The position numbers and the translations under genes were made by a program. Under the pieces are notes generated by a model. It made no database searches. It was not told where the DNA came from and worked only from the letters and a program-made list of their open reading frames with translations. Shown here in pieces: positions 1 to 13,900 of a stretch of DNA of 64,000 nt (positions are counted from its first letter, which is position 1; the number at the start of each line of letters is the position of its first letter). Source of the stretch: Eremomyces bilateralis CBS 781.70. Its lineage: Eukaryota. The DNA lies in the NCBI GenBank assembly GCA_010015585.1, contig ML975168.1; one strand, 5' to 3'.

Positions 1-2817
1 CTTCAAACTCGTTTCCATTGAACACCCGACTAGCGAGCTCTCTCTACTTCAAGAATTTCATAAGGCGCAACTGGAGAACTCTGGAAGGCGAGTACAAACT
101 GCCACAGTCGGAAGTGGAGAGCATCAAACATGAGATCATCGGGTTGATGATCTCATCGCCGCCCTCGATACAATCGCAACTTGGGGAAGCCGTCAGCGTG
201 ATCGCGGAAAGTGATTTCCCGGAGCAATGGGACTCTCTCATAGATGACCTCGCATCTCGACTCACCGCCGATAATCCGACCGTGAACAATGGAGTCCTTC
301 GCGTGGCGCATTCAATATGCGAAAGATGGCGTCCTCTGACCCAAAGCGACGAGCTGTATCTGGAGATTCTCCATGTTATCAGCAAGTTCGGCAACGCATT
401 CCTGACGCTCCTTCAAAGCACCGACCAGGCAATCACAAGCAATGCATCCAATAAAGAGCCGCTCGAGCAATGGGTGACGACGCTCTACTTGCTGATGCAG
501 CTTTTCTACGACCTGACCTGTCATGACTTGGCCCCGGTATTTGAGGACAATTTCAAGGGACTCCAGGGGCTGTTCAACAAATACCTTTTATATTCTAATC
601 CTCTTCTGGAGACGGACGATGACTCGGAGGCCGGGGTGCTCGAGAATACCAAGTCTGCCATTTTTGAAATTCTGAGCCTCTTTGGCCTCAAATATTCGGA
701 CGTATTCGACGACGTTACTCGCGATTTCATCCAGAGCTCGTGGACCCTCCTGACTGGAATTGGCATGGAAACGAAGTACGACGTCTTGGTCAGCAAAGCC
801 CTTCACTTCCTGACCACCGTTTGCATGAAAGAGAAGCATGCTGCCGAGTCCTTCAGTGATGAGAATGTCCTTACCCAGGTCGTGGAAAAGATCATTGTTT
901 CGAACCTCACCCTCCGAGAATCCGATATTGAACAATTTGAAGACGAGCCGATCGAGTACATCCGAAGAGATCTGGAAGGTTCTGACGCCGAGACTCGACG
1001 AGGTGCTGCAACGGACTTCCTCCGGGGACTCATGTCTCATCTGGAGAAGCCGGCCACGGCAATTGCCTTGAAGCTCATAGAAGAGCACCTTGGACTTTTC
1101 GCACAGGACAAGGTGAAGAACTGGAAGTCGAAGGATCTTGCCGGCTACCTGTTCACCGCAGTCGGTGCCAAAGGCAAGGCCACCGCGACTGCGGGTGTCG
1201 TGACGACGAACCCACACCTAAACATCAGCAACTTCCTGACCACCAACATCCTCCCCGACCTGACGAGCACGAATATCCACCCGATCTTGCAGGTTGACGC
1301 GATCAAGTTTGTCTATGTGTTCCGATCCCAGTTGACTCAAGAAAATTGGGGAACCGCATTCCCACTGCTTGTCCAACATCTCCAATCATCGAACTACTGC
1401 ATCTACACATCGGCATCAATTGCACTGGAGAGAGCGTTGGCCCTCCAAGTCAATGGACAACCGCTCATATCAAAGGACGCTGTGATCAACCTATCGAAGG
1501 ATCTTCTGGAACATTTGCTGAACCTGATCCAACAAGATCCTGCTCCGGAGAAGATTCAAGAGAACGAGTTCCTCATGAAATGCGTCATGCGAGTGTTGAT
1601 CGTGGTGCAAGACGGGATTACACCACTTGTGGATTATCTTCTATCCAGCTGGGTAAAAATCACCATGGCAATTATGAAGAATCCCAGCAATCCACGATTC
1701 TACTACTACCACTTTGAAGCGGCAGGGGCCCTCATCCGTTTTGTCGCTCCGTCTCAGTCCGCCAAATTCGAGGATACCCTCTCACAGCCCTTCGTGATGG
1801 TATTGCAGGAAGACGTAGTGGAATTCATGCCATACGTCTTCCAGCTCCTTGCCGCATTGCTCGAAGCGAACCCCTCTGGTTCCCTTTCCGAACTTCACAA
1901 ATCTCTCATCCAACCCATCCTCTTGCCGAATCTGTGGGAAACGAAAGGCAACGTTCCCGCTCTGGTTCGCTTGCTCGCCGCGATCCTCGTTCGCGGTGCT
2001 AACATTATTGTGGCAAACAATCAGGTTGAAGCAGTCCTTGGAATATTCCAGAAGCTCATCTCCACGAAAACTCACGAGAACTCCGGCTTCGATCTCCTTC
2101 AATCCGTCTTCCTCTCGGTGCCGGCCGAACACCTGCAAAAATATTTCGTCCCGATGGTCCAATTGATACTCACCCGGCTGTCGAACCAAGCCAACGACAA
2201 GCTGAAATCCGACAATCTCCCCATCCGGTTCACCAAGTTCTACCATTTTTTCTCCGCGCGACCGGAGAAGGGTCTTGGAACCGATGTCTTCATCAAAATC
2301 ACCGACGACATCCAACACGAGTAAGTGACTTCTTTCCATATTGAATCGAGTAAACTAACACTTCCTTCCTCCCAGCGTCTTCAAGCAGTTGTATACCACC
2401 TTCATCCTCCCCTCCACCCAAAAGCTCACGCGCCCCCTCGACCGCAAAACCGCCGTCGTTTCCCTCACCAAAACCCTCGCCACCTCCCAAGCCTTCGCCA
2501 CACGCTTCCCCAAAGGCTGGGCCCATACCGCCAAAGCGCTCCTCGACCAACTCTACAACCCGCCGGTGATCAAGCACGACGAGTTCGTCGACGCCGGCGA
2601 CGTCGAGGACTTGGCGTTCGGTGTCGGCTTCACGGCGCTCGGCACGTGCCGAAAGGCGGTGGATGATCCGTTTGCGGAGATCGCGGAGGTGAAGACATGG
2701 GTGGGGCAGTATTTGATCCAGGCGAATGCGGAGAGTGGGGGGAAGGTTGTTGGGTTTGTGAATGAGCGGTTGGATGGGCAGGCGCAGGCGGCGATGCAGG
2801 CTTACTTGTCGGGTTGA
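1..2817 (+). CDS. CSE1: Exportin-2 / importin-alpha re-exporter, 5'-truncated by the window edge; intron 2321-2375
   Basis: RLASSLYFKNFIRRNW, QFEDEPIEYIRRDLEGSD and ENEFLMKCVMR are Cse1 motifs. A GTAAGT...CTAAC...CAG intron joins ORF 18-2324 in frame to the 2376-2817 exon (H-D-V-F-K-Q-L-Y). Confidence 0.95.
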
Positions 2818-3145
2818 GAGCGTTCGCAGTGGGCTGGGAGCCGGCATGGCGACCGGGAGGCTTGGTCAACAGTTGAACGCAAAGATATACCATAGGCTTC
2901 ATTTCGTTATTCCCGATTCCCCCGAAAACGTTGGAAGCCGATAGCACCACCGGATGGACTCATAGATGCTTTATATCAATCAGCATGAATAGCGAAGAGT
3001 GGCTACCATGAATGCATTGAAGTTTAGTCATTCAGCATCTTGTACACTTGTGGGCCTGCATCACTGCGATTGAAACTTCAAGTGCATGTTGCTTTCAGCA
3101 ATAATGCATTGCAGCTGTGGTTCAATAATATGCAGCATCCGATGA

Positions 3146-4277
3146 TTAACTAACAACTCCAGTCCCAGCCTTCGACTTCACCAATTCACACACGCAGGAA
3201 GCGGGATCCGGCCTGCTCAATGTCAGCATCAATGCAACCACCACCACCAGCACCGAAGCAACTTACGTATACTTATACGGCGGCGCCAAGTTCCCCTGCT
3301 TCGTAATCGCCGGCTGGCTCACAGCATCAAAGATATTATCCTTACTCAGCGCAAACCCCTCCTGATCGCTATCCAGATTCGTGATGATCGACTTCGGGGA
3401 CTTGGTGAACGAGCTGCTCTCGACGAGAACCTGCGCGCCCATGCGCGAGTTGACCCCCGAGGTCGGGTTGTTCTCGTAGCAGGAACTGTAGATGTGGGCG
3501 GTGCCGAAGCGGACAGACGGCGTGCGCGAGTTGACGCTGGTGAAGAGGTTGTGGTGGTAGGTCACTCTCAGCTTACCGCGGTCTTCCGCGGCATTATTGT
3601 CTGAGTGGCCGATGAGGGAGCCTTTCCACTGGGTGGGGTTAGCAAGACGGATCTGTTTCGCTGACGAGGGGATAGATGGGTTGCTTACGTGGTTGGAGAA
3701 TTTGGTCCAGGAGACGGTGACCTGGTCGCTCGCGTGAGTGATGTCGAGCAAGCCGTCATATTTGTCCTTGTCTCCGGATATTCCTTGGGATGAGATATCG
3801 CAGTGGTCGATCCAGACTTTGGAGGATTTGTCAAGTGCGATGATATCTTTTTTCTCTGGTGGAGTTTTCATCTTCAGGTTTCGAAGAATAACATTGTTCG
3901 CCGACTTCAATCGTAGTCCACCGTTCGTCATTCCTAGTAATACATGTTAGGTATCATTAGAGGATTGTCTTTGCATTCCTTTATGTCATACCGGAATTGG
4001 CGCCAACTCCAACGATGGTGGTGCTGCCCTTCACGTCGAGCACACCGCATCCACTGAGCATGCCATTAATCTTAATCACTCCGCCGGAGGCCAAAGATGA
4101 TTTTAACGCAGCGCAGGATGTCACTGTAGTTCCAGAGGCGCTTCCACCTCCGGTTGTTCCAGCACCGTATCCGACAAGCTCATCGACCTTACCAGCACCG
4201 CAAGATCCGCCTGCCTGAGGGAGCGCGTTGGCTCTGCTGGCGATCATCAAAAGAGAAAGGAGTGCACTAGCGAACAT
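3146..4277 (-). CDS. Secreted pectate lyase (PL1), about 4 exons
   Basis: Signal peptide MFASALLSLL, plus VWIDH, DGLLDI and SRTPSVRFG motifs. The last exon PDPASCVCELVKSKAGTGVVS* ends at 3146. Confidence 0.9.
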
Positions 4278-5863
4278 CTTGAATGGACTTTGACTTTAGA
4301 CCTGAGAAACAAAAATGGAACGACGTGACCGGTTGCTGGAATTCAGAAGTAGGGAACCCAAGGCTATTATATTCCTATTTCCTGGAGTATTAGCATCCAC
4401 TATGTAAGGAGAACAGACTTCCCCGCAGTCCAAGATTTCCCCGTCGGCGGAATATTCGCGATAGTACGCCGCCGTGCTTCAGGCATATTGAAAGTGAAGA
4501 TCTTGATATTCGGAGCGCCAAACGGACGTTCGCATTGGCTTGAAAAAACACTTGAGCGAGTTGCAGGACTAGAAAGCCTGTTGGCCACGGACTTGGAGGC
4601 TTGGACTCAAACATTAGCCCTGGAACGGTGCGGCGGAGAAATAACAGTTAATGAAAGGTTCTTGGTGTAAGACATCATATAAACACGTGGTATAGATAAA
4701 TGTGATTGAAATGCGGAGAGAAGCACCTAGGATGCCATGCTCGTTTCATCACTTCAAGGGCAACCTAGAGCGCATAAATGGATGCCACCAATAGCATTTC
4801 AGTTTGCTCATATAGCGTCTCGCCTGGATTAGCGTTTGTAGATCTTTGAAACTGAAAATGGAAGCATCTTTGTCCAGATCCCGGGAAATCTTGAGCAGTT
4901 TTATATAGATCATACACCCTGATCCCGTCCCTCGAACCACATTGCCCTGGACTTCCACAATCGTGAGGCTGCGAAGTCACATAGAATACACTTCCCTAGC
5001 GGGATAGCTCTCGTATGTTTCTGGTTCATTATACCATCGTTCCTCTTAACTTGGTACGGTTGAGTTGCATATTCCAATAGAACAAGGGAAAGCGACAGAT
5101 GATGGAAGGGAAGTGCGCGTGGGGGTCAAGCAGAGTAGGATTTGTGGCTTGAACTCTGTGGCGCTCTTAGGCTTATAGGCTACTCTATGGATATCAGAAA
5201 GTTCGGAACAGATCTCAACCTGACAACATCAGCCCAACCGGCGAATATCATCCGCTTGGATAACTGTGCGGATAATGCGAATAATGGTATCACGAAGCAT
5301 ATTTGTCCTTAAATGGACCGAATACAGTGCAGTAATACCTGACATCCCATACTCGAAGTGCTAGAAGGCCAGCAAACTTTTTATATAAAGACCAACGGTG
5401 ACTGAAAGGAACAGACGAGTACCTAGAGGCTGAAGTACGCCGTTTACGTATCCCTTCGGCTAAGTACCAATATCTTAAATTTCTATACTTTATTCAATGA
5501 TCAATCGATGGCAGGCGTGTGTTTTCGACTTGGGTTGGGTACCTGCTTACCTTCTTCCTCCTTTGCATTGCAATTTCTTCTTGACTCGGTCCTTTTCAAA
5601 TGCGTTCAAGTTCAAGGAGAGTCATTTTCAAAGCGTCTCTAGCTGCAAAATGTATTAATGGAGAAGACGTGATTGTTTTCATGGCGCCAGTGTTGAAGTG
5701 CCGTGGAAGAATGTTCATGTTCTTGGAAGGGAAGTTAATCGAGTCATCTAACACAGCTCTAGTGAAGATGGGTCGTGTACTCGAGCGGTGAATTCATCGA
5801 GTTATCACAATGAAACAAAACAAAAGGCCACACCAAATTTAAAGCCTGATTTGATTTCTCACG

Positions 5864-6910
5864 ATGAAGCAAATCAACCCGCCGCGCCTTCAGATTTCAA
5901 CCTTGCTTCGATCTCATCACACCAAAATGGCGATATTTACAAGCCGCGGAAACGGGTCCTTCAAACTAACCGACTGGATCCATTCCGACAACCACAAACT
6001 CATCGATACCCCCGGGAAGGTAAGAATGCTTATCGAAGCCCTTCTCCTCCTCCGTGGCTCATGGGTCTGCTACCTCGATCTCACCGGCACGCGGCCTTGC
6101 GAAGATAGCGTCACCTCCGTTCTCTCCCTCTACCTAACGCCACCGCCCTCCGAGATACGATCCTTCCACTGCCTCTACACGGTCGACATCTGCGCCCTGG
6201 GAAGCTCCGCATTTACCACATGCCTCGTTGGTGACAAGACCATGTCACTGAAAGGGTTCCTCGAAGCTCGCAACACGCCCATAGTGGTTTTCGAGGCAAA
6301 AAGAATTACGGATAGGCTCTCCTCGCATTTCGGCGTCAACGTCAAGAACGTGAAAGAATTGCAGTTGATGGAATGCGCGACATTGGGACGGGAAAAGGAC
6401 GATCTCTATGATTTCGGGACTTTGATGGCGAGAGATTGGTTTAAGGCAGGACTCGACCTACCGTGGATCGAATCATGGACCGACATTCACCTGGCAGCGA
6501 ACAAATCGTTGGATCCACTGGAAGGGGGCACGTTGCACGACTACTGCCTTCGGCCCCTCACCCACTTCTTCGTTGCGTATTGCGTCAAGGATGTGTTGTG
6601 CTTCCCGAACTTCCATCGTCTGTATGGCAGCCAGCTTGTGCAGCAGTGGGATGACATGTCCGAGGCCCCGGATGGGCCGGAGAAGGAATTATTGTGGTGG
6701 CGAGTGGCAGATCCGAAGATGTGTTCGTCTAGGGAACCAGCATATGCAGTACAGGAGCCCTGGTTTGAGCCGAAGAAAATGGATCTGTGTCTGGGATATT
6801 CGAACCCCAAGGGACCGATGGGTGGAAAACAAAACAAGCGAAAAAGAAAACATCAAGAGATAGACCCGTCGGTAACTGGAGAGAGGACTACCTGTTCAGC
6901 TGCAACCTAA
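5864..6910 (+). CDS. Fungal 3'-5' exonuclease (DEDDy/EXD-like) domain protein with degenerate catalytic motifs
   Basis: YLDLTG, YTVDICALGSSAF, SLKGFLE, HFGV..V.ELQLME and RPL....YCVKDV follow the motif order of this fungal family. Confidence 0.7.
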   Translation: MKQINPPRLQISTLLRSHHTKMAIFTSRGNGSFKLTDWIHSDNHKLIDTPGKVRMLIEALLLLRGSWVCYLDLTGTRPCEDSVTSVLSLYLTPPPSEIRSFHCLYTVDICALGSSAFTTCLVGDKTMSLKGFLEARNTPIVVFEAKRITDRLSSHFGVNVKNVKELQLMECATLGREKDDLYDFGTLMARDWFKAGLDLPWIESWTDIHLAANKSLDPLEGGTLHDYCLRPLTHFFVAYCVKDVLCFPNFHRLYGSQLVQQWDDMSEAPDGPEKELLWWRVADPKMCSSREPAYAVQEPWFEPKKMDLCLGYSNPKGPMGGKQNKRKRKHQEIDPSVTGERTTCSAAT

Positions 6911-8127
6911 AGCATGATCAGAGTTGTGAGTGAAGCAGAATTTAGACGGACGGAGACGGGGCGGATCCTGACTTCGGCTTCGCATAGCGATGAACATCAA
7001 GCCGGTGACACGAAACCGGGTTGGGAATGTTTGAATCCTGGGTACATCACATCTGAATTGAGCGAGCATGTCTCACTCGAACACTATGGGTAGCCCTGCA
7101 AATTTTTGTCTTACGCTCTTTCGGATGCGCTGTTGTGATTGTAATGATACTGCAGACAGTCGCCTGCTCTCCTTAGCAGCCTGTTCATGCCTCTCAAAAT
7201 GAGTCTAGCTCCCAGAATAACCTTATAATGAAGCAGGCAGATCATGATCCAATCTGGGAACGGGAAACGCTGTGAAAGTTACTGGCATATTAATCTGCAC
7301 GTGTCAAACGCGTGCAATCTGTTACTCTATCCAGTCTGTCTATATCAACATCGCCCGTATCTCAACCCGACAGGAAATCTGAAGCACATTGCCTACAAAT
7401 CAGCTCAAAGGCAAAAACAGAACTCGCTTTCTATTTGGCAAAATCATGGTGATTCTCTAAGGTCGCATCAGAGGTGCCAGTGGTGGACCGAGATTTGACA
7501 CCAGAGCGCCCCTCACCCCATCCACGTCAAAGTTGGGGAGAACGGAGGGGATTCTCTCATACTCATTCTTCCTTCCCAAACTTAGATGAACTGCATTATT
7601 CCTATATCGATTAAATCGAACTCACTCGCAGAAGCAGAACCTCAAGATCTCTGGGTTAGAGTCAGGGATTCCATTCCACCGATCATCAAACTGGATAGAC
7701 TACGGGGGCCGACTACCCAATATCCGACGAGTCTGAGTTTTCGAGTCTTCTAAATGAGGCTTTTCAAGGTCCAATAGATTTTAACAATTGCGTTGTTCTC
7801 CTGAAAGAGAAGTAATAACTCCCATAACAAAGAGCCCCCTGCCCCAATGATTCAATGAAAGTCAACACGCAACAAAGGACAAGTCGCTCAAAAATGGCGA
7901 GATATTTCTTTCAATATTCAAACAATGACATTTGAAAGGTATTAGTATTGTCCTCGAGCACTGTATGTATCGTACCCGTATAAATCACCGTCGGATACGG
8001 ATATTAAACACCCAAACAACTGCTCTCGGGTGGACCAGCAACGGGATGATACTGAGGACCTCCATAGTCCATTTTATATGCACCTAATCCTCCTTACATT
8101 TATGTTGCCTGTAGAGGAGAATCCATC

Positions 8128-8800
8128 ATGAGAAAATCCAAAATTGGCGACACTGCTTCCGTCGAGCACCACATTGTGGATAGCCTGGAGGCAGTCCAAG
8201 GCCTCCGCTTCACCATGGTCGAGCGATGGCCATATGATCTTGAGGTGTACCTCAACGCGACTATTGACGAGGAGCTGGAGTCCAAAGGCAAAGTCATTTC
8301 GATGCTCAACCTCCTTCTCTGTACCAGGGGCAAGCCTTCCCAATACACCTACATGATCAACATCGACGCTCTCAAGGAGGTAACGTTTAATACCGCCTTC
8401 AATGGGCGCCTCGACACTGCAAGGGGAACCAGCGGACCCATTTCGCTTCGAACTGACCTGGAGGGCACCTTGTTTGCCAAGGTCATCTTCAACTGCAAGA
8501 CCATCTCGCATCTCCTTTTTGAGCGGTTTCACATTTGCATGCAGAGCGTCCGCGAGGTTCAATTTTCGAAGTGCGCAACTCTTCACAAGCCGAACAAGCA
8601 ATGAATGTGGAGCGAAGGCCCCATAGATCTATAAATCCATCGAAAAATGCACCGGCACTAGGTGAGACTGGCCAACATGGTTGGCTTTTATTTGGCGTTC
8701 CAGTGCGATTTGAAGACGCAACATAGGGTGGAAGCGCATGCGGCATCCCGGCCTATGTTCCTCTTGGATCGAACATGAAAGAACCCTGGGGCTCAGAATT
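8128..8800 (+). pseudogene. Degenerate paralogue of the 3'-5' exonuclease-like gene
   Basis: YMINIDAL...SLRTDLE...KVIFN...VREVQFSKCATL parallels the 5864 gene. The frame stops at 8604; residual LCSS and EPW matches lie downstream in shifted frames. Confidence 0.55.
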
Positions 8801-10041
8801 AGGGGGTTCCAGAACGTTTGGAAGAGGAGGGCCAATAGGCTGGAAAGACGCATAGCGACAGAGAGAGAAACTGAATAGACTTGAGAAATTGATGCTAAAA
8901 CACAATACCAAGAAAATTAACTGTAAACATAATTCTGAATACCAAAAGTAAGATTGGCTCACTGGAAAATGAATAGAAAGGCAATTCCATACCAATGGAC
9001 ATAGTGGGCATTAATAATGGATACATACATAGACTTTCGTAATCGAAGTAGCGCACACAACAATCCTATCGTACCTTATACTGTCGGCACTGATTCCAGC
9101 ATCGGGCGTGAGATGAATCCGTAGCAAAGACAAGCAGCAGCACAGTGTTATCCCCCGAAGATAATTGGCAGCACATTCATCATGCTAACCTACGCCATTG
9201 CCTCTGGACAATTTATGGGTTTATCCGGATTTCGAATAGTTGGAACCTTTCCTCCCGGAATGTCTGGAAGCCGAGGACAGCGAGCGAGAATTAGGCTTAA
9301 AGAACTTCGCATGCCCCTTGCGGAGACATGAAGACATGCAACCAAAACAACAATTATGATTTGGTCCAATACCGCATAGAATAGACGTGCGGATCGTAGC
9401 GCAAATATCGCCGATGTTGTTCAATCTCGAGTCTTCTCGCACGTTTTATATTAAATATTGGAGAACCACCTTTGACCGAACCGTTAAGGAATTCAACGTC
9501 TTAAACAAAAGGTTACCTAAAAATTATGCGAATTATACCTCTGAAAGCTGTAGGTAATGCTCAAGCATACGGTGGTCATTTCTACGGAATATATCAGTCG
9601 TATCAGTTCCTCAGACCAACTGAACCTTGCCCGTGATAGAACAGCTGAATGAAATGAGTCCTACCAAATTGGGAGATTTTCATTCACAAACTGTAGAATT
9701 ATTTAATGCGCTACTCCGTAGGTGATCCAGGAATATAAGTGTTGTGTTCCCTGCAGAAGCCCTACGATTCTGGGAACGAGTTGTGTGTGCAAGTAGTAGT
9801 TATGTGAAGGAAAGTAAGTAAAAGGACGCTGATTTTACTACACAAAGATTGGCACCATTCAGGCTGGATTAATGATCGAACATGAGCGAGATCATACCTT
9901 ACGAAAGAAAGGCGAGGCGCTCGCCTCGCGAAGCTCACGCTCGTATAAGTTTTAGCGAACATACCTTTTCAGTTCCTTGGATAAGCTTACCAAAACCAGC
10001 TTATAACTAGTTATACAGAATCGTACCGCTAATAACGAGAA

Positions 10042-10871
10042 GGCTGGTGAGATTTTCCCACCAAATGAGATTTTCCCACCAGCGCTGGTATGGTGGAAAA
10101 TTAATCGCTCAACTGGGCCTAGCGCTCATTTTCCATCTTCGACAACTTTCATGTTCAATCTGTTGTTCCATTTAAGTAACATATATTAGCTTCTCTATAT
10201 TATTAGGTATATCCTCTTTCTACTGACGGTGCTACCTCTTGCACGAATCGAGTCCTTTCCAAGCATTTGAAGCCGCCTCTACTGCAGCGCGCTTGGGGCG
10301 CTGTCTGGGCACATCTTGAGACTTAAAAAGAGCATTTTGAGCATCGACTTGTGCAAATTTTTCAGTGTAGAAAGCTTCCATATCTCCAAAGGTATAACTC
10401 TATGCCATTGTTGGAGTGCAGCAAGCATACACTCCGCTTATAGCAAGAGCCATATTCCGTGATTCGATCAGTTCTGTCTGCTGCAATAGACATTATGCGC
10501 ACTAGGGTTAAATGATCGGGGGTGGTTGTGATGCTTGTGTAGAACCTCCAGCTTCTACTTGTCGTCGTCTTTGTTCTTGAATATGAGAAGCCTAAAAGTA
10601 CCCCTATTAAGCGTGTACTCGTGCTTAGAATCCTTGCTCTTGACTGATATTTTCCGGATCGACCAGAGTAGTAGTAATATCGTGTCTTAACACCAGAATG
10701 GTGAGGTCTGCTCCGTTTGTAAGAGAAGAAACAGATTGAACATTGAAATTTGCAGTTATCTCTAGGTGAAGATGAAGGGAAACGAGCGCTAGGCCCAGTT
10801 GAGCGATTAATTTTCCACCATACCAGCGCTGGTGGGAAATCTCAAAACCTGGTGGGAAAATCTCACCAGCC
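10042..10871. mobile_element. Non-autonomous Mutator (MULE)-type DNA transposon, 830 bp
   Basis: Near-perfect TIRs of ~86 bp (10042-10127 and 10784-10871) with GG...CC termini, flanked by an exact 9-bp TSD TAACGAGAA (10033-10041 and 10872-10880). No intact transposase ORF. Confidence 0.92.
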
Positions 10872-11849
10872 TAACGAGAAATAGTAAGATACTTTTCGGT
10901 CCCTTCGTATCGCGTAAACGAGGCGAGCGAATACCGAACTTAACCAATTGCTCAGCAGACCGAGTGTAAACAACACGAGTGGTCGCTTGCTTCAAATTCC
11001 AGCCTAGCACCACTTCCTTGGACATGCACCGGAGGTACGGAGTAACTTGAATCGATCGACAGGGGTTTTGTGAAGACACTAAGCTATATTAGGCACGAAG
11101 AAGTAACAGTTCGAAGCAGGATTGGCTGAACTGGTTATACTACGTATTCTAGAAAAGAATTTAACGTCAGAAATTCAAGGCCACCATGGGGTATCCGGGG
11201 AGTGGATATCCCGAGTCCCATGTATTTGACCTTGCCCTAGTTCCCCGATCTCCGAAATCCGAAAGATCCGAGGCGTGCCCTACTCCGTAGTAAGGGAGAC
11301 GCTAGGAACATCCATTATACCTTCCACAAGTGTGTCGCCGAACTTCTATCGACAAAACTGAACTGTGTACAGCTTGAATATGCTACAGGAACTGAGAGAG
11401 TAAGCACGAAATTATCATGGTATCATCCGAAGTAGCAGTGACAGTTTTCACAGAGTCTGACTGGAACTGCGAGGTGCTGCTTTAAGTTGCCTGCGGTTTC
11501 AGGGGGACGATAAGGGCACCGCTGTCAAGGAAGGCCAGTGGTTCTACAATCCGAAGATCCTAGCAGAGGCTCAACGGTACTCCGTACGTATTGGGGCGTT
11601 AGAGAAATGTGGCCAAGTTGCAGGGCCAAGTGGGGGCGGAGCATGGTATATGGATATACTAGGCTCCCGAGTTCTGATTGTCCGGAACGATGGCGAATTT
11701 CCAAACACCATTAGTTAACTGGGACTTAGATAATACTAATATTTCGTGGAACTTTTCGAAATATTGTTCAAGAAATATCGTGGCTTAAACATTCGTCATT
11801 CAAGGCTGAATGAACGGTCGTGTTCAACTGTAGGTACTTCATTTTTGGC

Positions 11850-13156
11850 TCAACTCCATTTCAGGATTGGTTTGATGATCTACCACAACATTAGTCTTGC
11901 GTCTTGTTCCAAGAGATGGCTATCAATATACCTTTCCATTCCGTACCTCATTTATTGCCTGTTCGAAGTCTTTTACATCGTAGAAGCTGCAGAGCTTCTC
12001 CAGGGGAAAGTTACCAGATCGATGCAGCTCCATCATTCTCGGGATGAACTGGTTCAAAGTTTCAGCTGTTGGCTAGTGTAAAGGAGCGAATCTCCTTACC
12101 TCTTGGGCAATAGAGTCTCCCTGACAAATCCCCCTCACAGTCTTATTGTTGTGCAAAAGATGCACTGGGTCTAGTTTCAAAACAAAGTTCGGGTCAGGGC
12201 TGCCAACCACGCCGACAGTCCCACGGCAACAGACACAATCGATCATCATATCGATGACTGCAGATACACCGGTGCAATCGATAGCAAAACGAGCTCCTCC
12301 GTCCGTAATTTTCTGGATCTCACACGGGATGTCTTTAACTTCTCTCGAGTTGACAACCTGAGTGGCTCCCAACTCTTTAGCTAGCTCCAACTTTTCGTTG
12401 ACAATGTCCACGACGATGATCTGTCGCAGTCCCAAGTACCTTGCTGCCATGATCGCCGCGATGCCGACGGTCCCGGCCCCAAATATGAGAAAGGAATCAT
12501 CTACAGAGGGCTTGAGAGCGTTGAGGACAGTTCCTGCTCCGGTCTGAAATCCGCACCCTAATGCAGCATATAGCGCCAAATTTTCTGGGTATGGACACTG
12601 AATCACTGAGTGTTGACTGACTACAGAGAGTTTCAGGAAGGACGACTGCCCGAAGAATTGACTTGATACGCGCCGGCCATCTGTGAGCTTCGCCGAATTG
12701 CTGTTATCGAGTCGTTTTGCAGCGAGATTAAGATGCTCAAATCTCGAACAGCACGCTGGATGACCTGCCGAGCAATTTGCACAGCTGTCACAGTGGTTGA
12801 AAGACAGGATCACGCTCGCGCCAACTTTGAGCGATGTGTCCTTAACTTCAGGCCCTACTGCGCGGACAACACCAGCTCCTTCGTGGCCAGGCACAGCGGG
12901 AAAGTCGAGAACAGTGTATGCGCCGGCAGAAGCAACGAGATCCTGTTGTTCCAACACGATCAGCCATTGCCAAACATAGGAGAGATAAGATATGCTGCGA
13001 AGCTGCATTGCTCACGGTATGGCAAATTCCAGTATATTTCATCTCCACCAGAACTTCATCAGGTCGCATATCATCAAGAACCACAGGCATGTGCTTAAAT
13101 CCCGAATTTAGCTCCTCCATCACCAACCCCTCCGTCTCTATCGGTGTGAACTCCAT
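11850..13156 (-). CDS. Zinc-dependent medium-chain alcohol dehydrogenase (aryl-alcohol dehydrogenase-like), 4 exons
   Basis: GICHT|D, GHEGAG, structural-Zn cysteines CDSCANC...CC, GCGFQTGAG and GAGTVG. The terminal exon is IIKPILKWS*. Confidence 0.92.
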
Positions 13157-13900
13157 GTTTGAATATATCTAATGGAGAGAGATTCCAGTAGTGAGCATAA
13201 ACGTACCAATTATCGATATCCAAAGCTGTTGCACTGTAGTCCATTATAGGAATATCACAATACGCATATATTGCACCTATCTACCTATGACGGAAGATAG
13301 TTTATCTGCCATCATATCGGATATAGCATGCGCTAAAGCGCTAGCCCTAGGATGTACGTAGTACGGCGCTACGACCTCCAAAGTGACCCACAATGGGAAA
13401 CGCTAGGAGATACCGTCCGGAACGGAGTATTTGGAACTACGACTACCTTGGTGCCGGTTGCCGCATTGCCTAATTTGGTAATACGGGACGGACTATCAGA
13501 CATCGCATACTGGGATGACTGACATTACCGAAGCCTTGTTGACAGCGGCTGAGAACTAAAGTCAACGGGAGTACGGGGTACGCATTTGCATCGGCAATAG
13601 AGCTGTGAGTTTCGCGGCCTAGGGATAATCGTCCATCGCAATTCGCAAATGAACGCTTGCTGATTGACCTTTATCTTAGGAGATAGCGTAGATGTATCTC
13701 ACCAGGACGAAGACCCCCTTTTCGAGATCCATGTTCCTAGTCTAGAGTTAACATCCATATCACCTTGCGTTCATATCAAAGTACAGTCCATTGTTCCTTG
13801 AAATGCTGCATATATTCCCCTTGATGGCTCTATACAAATTACTGTCCTAGATGCATACATTCTTTTCATATTTTCGAGTCATTAAAACGACCATTTCACA

